This document shows positions 56,754 through 60,491 of a stretch of DNA of 60,491 nt, piece after piece. Position numbers and translations under genes: made by a program. Position 1 is the stretch's first letter. The number at the start of each line of letters is the position of its first letter. Source of the DNA: an uncultured bacterium (GTDB lineage: Bacteria; CSSED10-310; CAZUFC01). Location of the stretch: positions 1-60,491 of the forward strand of contig CAZUFC010000043.1 in NCBI GenBank assembly GCA_964619725.1. The letters are read 5' to 3'. A model generated the notes under the pieces. It did not search any database and was not told the DNA's origin. It saw only the letters and a list, made by a program, of their open reading frames with translations.

Positions 56754-57875
56754 TTATCGGGTAGAGGCTATCACATCCAGGATGTGCCGGGCATGTTCTT
56801 TAACGGAGTCCTCTTCGCTGTTGAGGGCTGTCTGGAGGTAAGATACGGCCGGAGGACCGATTTTGATTAGGGCTTGAGAGGCATTTTGCAGCACGCCGGA
56901 ATCTGAGTCGTTCAGAAGAGCGATGAGGAATGGGGAGGCATCAGCGGCTGCGCTTTCCATCATACCCAGGGCCATGCATGCGCCGGCTTTTACATGAGGG
57001 CTTTCACTCTGCAGGGCCGTTATCAAACCTTCCAACGCGGGACGGCCGATTTTACCGAGGGCCGTTGCTGCTTCCCATCTGACCGTCAGTTTATCATTAT
57101 TAAGAAGTTCCAGCAGCGGCGAAACAGCGGGTTTTCCTATTTTAACGAGGGCCAGTCCGGCGCCGTTTCGAACTCTTGAATTATCACTTTTAACGGCTTC
57201 TGTCAGGTGGGGGACAACCTCTTCACCTATCTGGACAAGCCCGATCACAGCGCCGCCGCGCAATTGCGCGTCACTTGAATTCAACGCCTGGATAAGGCCC
57301 GGCGCAGCATCGGGACCTATTTTTATTAACGTTCTGAGGGCATCACCGCGGATTTCACCTTCATCGCCCTCAAGAAAGGATGTGATCCGGGGAACCAGTT
57401 TTTTCGCCGGAGTTCCGATATGGCGTAAGGCAACAAGAGCAGCCTTCTTGTATTGTGTTTTTTCGCTTTGCAGGCAAGCCGTCAAATCAGGCATAGCTGC
57501 AGTTCCAATTTTCCCTAATGAAACGGCGCAATTGTGCAATAATGTTTCATCAGCATTCTCGATCAGTTCAATCAACCTCGGTATCGCTTCCGCCGCTTCA
57601 GGACCTATATTACCCAGGGCGACGACAGCCGTATTTTGCACATTAAGGTCTTTCGTATCAAGGGCTTCAAGTATATAAGAAACGGCATCCCTTCCTATGG
57701 CTCCGACTGATTCAGCGGCTTTTGCACGAATATTTGGATTCTTTGAACTGAAATCAGCTATCCATTCAGAAATTTTTCTGTCGTCATATTCAGGTTCACA
57801 TCCGCAAATATTAAAAAAAAGCAAAATCGAAAGTATGAAAAAAACGGCAATACTTCTTGACGCTCCCGTTTTCAT
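56754..57875 (-). CDS. HEAT/PBS-lyase-repeat protein, probable lipoprotein
   Basis: Start moved to ATG 57875 (GGAGG RBS); lipobox-like ICGC; repeated R..AA.AL.KIG..AV..L...L units. Confidence 0.88.
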   Translation of the reverse strand: MKTGASRSIAVFFILSILLFFNICGCEPEYDDRKISEWIADFSSKNPNIRAKAAESVGAIGRDAVSYILEALDTKDLNVQNTAVVALGNIGPEAAEAIPRLIELIENADETLLHNCAVSLGKIGTAAMPDLTACLQSEKTQYKKAALVALRHIGTPAKKLVPRITSFLEGDEGEIRGDALRTLIKIGPDAAPGLIQALNSSDAQLRGGAVIGLVQIGEEVVPHLTEAVKSDNSRVRNGAGLALVKIGKPAVSPLLELLNNDKLTVRWEAATALGKIGRPALEGLITALQSESPHVKAGACMALGMMESAAADASPFLIALLNDSDSGVLQNASQALIKIGPPAVSYLQTALNSEEDSVKEHARHILDVIASTR

Positions 57876-58229
57876 AAGACCCTCCTTCAAAATAATAGCG
57901 CCTTCATAAGGCAACCTCAACTTGCCCCTTATTGAAAATTCTACGGGTGCATTTCTGGGATTTAACGGATTATCCGTGTCATACCGGAGGTCTCCGATCC
58001 TGTTTCGTGATCTGTCTTGCGATCCCTTTCCTCCTTATCCTGTTTGCCGGGTTTTGTTTCATCAGTTGCCGCGTTTATTCCGATATGATATTCTCAAAAG
58101 TGTAGTCGGGTGGAGCAAAGGTCAATTAAAGATCGAGATGTTCGATGCTTTTCTTGTAGCATTTTTCTGGTTTTCTTTTTACAAACCGGCATTGATCCGA
58201 TGAGAAGTCACTTTTTAAAGGAGCAAGTT

Positions 58230-60164
58230 ATGTTGAAAGAAAAAAAGATTTTATTGTTTTTGGTTTTGATCATCCTGGCATGGTGGAGTATGCAGGCCGA
58301 AGTTTATGCGGCGGAGAGCGAAACTGAGACAGCAGCGGCAGCAGAAGAAGATGCTGAGGCGAGTAAACCTGCTGCTGTCCCGGAGTCTGCGGATAAGGGA
58401 GAGGTAATGGATAAACCGGTGGAATTGTTGGCCGGTTTTGATGAGGTGATTGAGAGGGCCGTCAGTGAGTGGAATGTTCCCGGTCTGGCAATTGCCGTGG
58501 TTTACAAGGGAGAAAAGGTTTTCAGCAAAGGATTTGGATACAGGGACGTTGAGGAACAACTGCCGGTCACATCAAAAACTCTATTCGCAATCGGCTCATG
58601 CACGAAGGCATTTACGGCCTCTGCCCTCGGAATGCTGGTCGATCAGGGGCTGCTCGAATGGGACAAACCCGTCAGGAATTACTTGTGCCGTTTTGAACTG
58701 AAAGACCCTGCAGCTTCCAGAATCGCGAATACGGTGGACCTTTTGTGCCACCGAACGGGATTGCCCAGGCATGACTTGTTGTGGTACGGCAACCGGGAAC
58801 TGAGTCGAGAAGAGTTAATCGATAAGCTCAAGTATCTGGAGCCCAGCGCTTCTTTCAGGGAAGAATTCCAGTATAACAATCTGATGTACGGCGTATGCGG
58901 TTATTTGACGGAGAAATTATCCGGGAAAAAATGGGAAGCCTTTGTCCGAGAGAATATTTTCGATCCGTTGGGAATGGAGAGAAGCAATTTTTCCGTCGTT
59001 GAAAGTCAAAAAACAGATGATTTCGCCTATCCCTATAGAGAAGATGAAAACGATGAAATTCAAAAAATACCTTTCCGGAATATCGACGCCATGGGTCCCG
59101 CAGGTTCGATCAATTCGTGCATTGAAGATATCAGCCGATGGATCGAATTTAATCTCGATAACGGAAAATGGGAAGGAGAGCAGATTATTGAAGAAGCGAC
59201 AATGAATAAAATTCATTCTCCTCATCAAATTGCGAGTTCCGACCTGTCCGATCCGCGTTCCTTTCTGGGAACCTACGGACTGGGATGGGGCGTGAGCGCT
59301 TACCGGGGTCGTCTAAGCGTGCAGCATGGAGGAGGAATTGACGGATTCGTCAGTAATATTGTTTTGTTTCCGCATGACGATCTGGGCATCGTCGTCCTGA
59401 CCAACAGTGAAACGGGGTTGGCTTCCACCATCTGTAATCTTGCCGCAGATCGCATGCTGGAACTTGAATTCGTGGACTGGTATGAGGAAGCGTCTAAAAA
59501 CAGGGAAGAAGCAGAAGAATCCATGGCCAAGGGAGAGGAAGAGAAGGAAGAGCTGAGAGTGAAGGATGCTGGGTACGCCCACGAATTAAAAGATTATGCC
59601 GGTCTTTATGTCCATTCCGCTTACGGAGATGTACAGGTCTCGATCGAAGAAGACGAAGCTGATTCTTACCTGCGAATTCAATATCAGGGTTTCAATATAC
59701 CCTTCAAACACCATCATTACGAGGTTTTCACAGTCGACGACGACAAAATGGAAAAAGCCGACGAGATGATCAAGGGAACCAAGATAATGTTCCGTACGAA
59801 CTTCGATGGTGAAGTGCATGCTCTGGAAGCTCCACTCGATCCCAGAGTCGATCCAGTCGTTTTCGATAAACAGGCTTCCGATGAATTGAAGGACCCCCAA
59901 TACCTCAGACAGTTCACCGGAAAATATGAATTTATCGATCAAACAGCCGAAATTTTCCTTTCTGATAAAAACGTGCTAATGATAGACATACCCGGACAAA
60001 AAAGCTACGCACTGAAGCCGACAGCGAAATCAAAATTTACCTTTGAAGAAGAAAAGGCAGTATCCATTCGTTTTCTGTTCAATGAAAGCGCCGAAGTCGA
60101 AGAATTCCTGCTCGAGCAGGCCGGACGAGTTTTTTCCTTTGAGAAATTAAATGAAGAGGAGTAG
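58230..60164 (+). CDS. Exported serine hydrolase (beta-lactamase class C-like) with DUF3471-like C-terminal domains
   Basis: Start moved to ATG 58230 (AAGGAG RBS) with signal peptide; F.IGSCTKAF (SxxK), LLCHRTGLP, FQYNN, YGLGW, HGGGIDGF. Confidence 0.92.
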   Translation: MLKEKKILLFLVLIILAWWSMQAEVYAAESETETAAAAEEDAEASKPAAVPESADKGEVMDKPVELLAGFDEVIERAVSEWNVPGLAIAVVYKGEKVFSKGFGYRDVEEQLPVTSKTLFAIGSCTKAFTASALGMLVDQGLLEWDKPVRNYLCRFELKDPAASRIANTVDLLCHRTGLPRHDLLWYGNRELSREELIDKLKYLEPSASFREEFQYNNLMYGVCGYLTEKLSGKKWEAFVRENIFDPLGMERSNFSVVESQKTDDFAYPYREDENDEIQKIPFRNIDAMGPAGSINSCIEDISRWIEFNLDNGKWEGEQIIEEATMNKIHSPHQIASSDLSDPRSFLGTYGLGWGVSAYRGRLSVQHGGGIDGFVSNIVLFPHDDLGIVVLTNSETGLASTICNLAADRMLELEFVDWYEEASKNREEAEESMAKGEEEKEELRVKDAGYAHELKDYAGLYVHSAYGDVQVSIEEDEADSYLRIQYQGFNIPFKHHHYEVFTVDDDKMEKADEMIKGTKIMFRTNFDGEVHALEAPLDPRVDPVVFDKQASDELKDPQYLRQFTGKYEFIDQTAEIFLSDKNVLMIDIPGQKSYALKPTAKSKFTFEEEKAVSIRFLFNESAEVEEFLLEQAGRVFSFEKLNEEE

Positions 60165-60275
60165 TCAAAGGAGGGCGCGAAATCCTTTGTAAAGAAGCCA
60201 GCCGCAATAGTTAGAGTAGAATCAGCGGGGAGCGTATTGGTTTTTTATGGTTTGCGCAGGGCTCTGACCCCCCTT

Positions 60276-60466
60276 GTTGATTTTATTTTATTTTTTTCTT
60301 ATGCGCTAATTGAAAAAATCGGCCGGCGGTTGGTGATATTCTTTTTATTTTTGTTTACTTTGTTTTGCCGTTATCCGTCAGGGTCGGCAGAGAGCGCATC
60401 GGAAAGCGGCAGGATGCCGCTTCTACATTCCCTTCATTCTTTGATTTTTATTTTCAGAATGAATTT
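60276..60466 (+). repeat. ~190-bp dispersed repeat, copy 2; REP palindrome at 60404-60426
   Basis: Direct repeat of 3-193; the window ends in GTAGACGCG, possibly the start of another REP. Confidence 0.9.
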
Positions 60467-60491
60467 GTTTGTTTTTTCGAAAGTAGACGCG

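Noticed and set aside
1-60491. Window as a circular plasmid, phage or integrated island bounded by direct repeats
   Set aside because: The terminal copies differ at about 10 positions and contain a REP; no integrase, replication or virion genes; gene content is chromosomal

Overview
A 60.5-kb bacterial chromosomal segment of moderate GC with about 33 protein genes. No rRNA, tRNA, CRISPR array, phage gene or intact transposase was seen. Both ends carry a copy of the same ~190-bp REP-containing repeat, so it is probably one assembly contig. The genes fall into five groups. (1) Large secreted proteins: an Asp-box/BNR propeller, a triple-Kelch protein, a LamG/zinc-protease/FG-GAP protein, a PLD and a serine hydrolase. 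(2) Signalling: a Ser/Thr kinase-AAA-TPR protein, a GAF sigma-54 activator, a response regulator, and an ECF sigma / zinc anti-sigma / TPR-CHAT protease triad. (3) A CUT1 ABC transporter-NrnA operon. (4) DNA uptake and repair: comEA, a short ssb and an ERCC4 nuclease. (5) Envelope and glycan genes: two tandem radical SAM/SPASM paralogues, a GT4 and an O-antigen-ligase-TPR protein. The best leads are: a CRISPR-free sigma/anti-sigma/caspase-like protease module resembling the Craspase output; a shared ~115-aa C-terminal domain on two unrelated secreted proteins (possible sorting signal); a sigma-54 regulon defined by an identical 37-bp enhancer-like element upstream of comEA-ssb and an EF-hand gene; a Tes-like radical SAM lacking its auxiliary-cluster cysteines; nested MITE families; and an apparent G-rich-to-C-rich skew along each transcription unit. 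All calls come from motif reading by eye, with no database searches.
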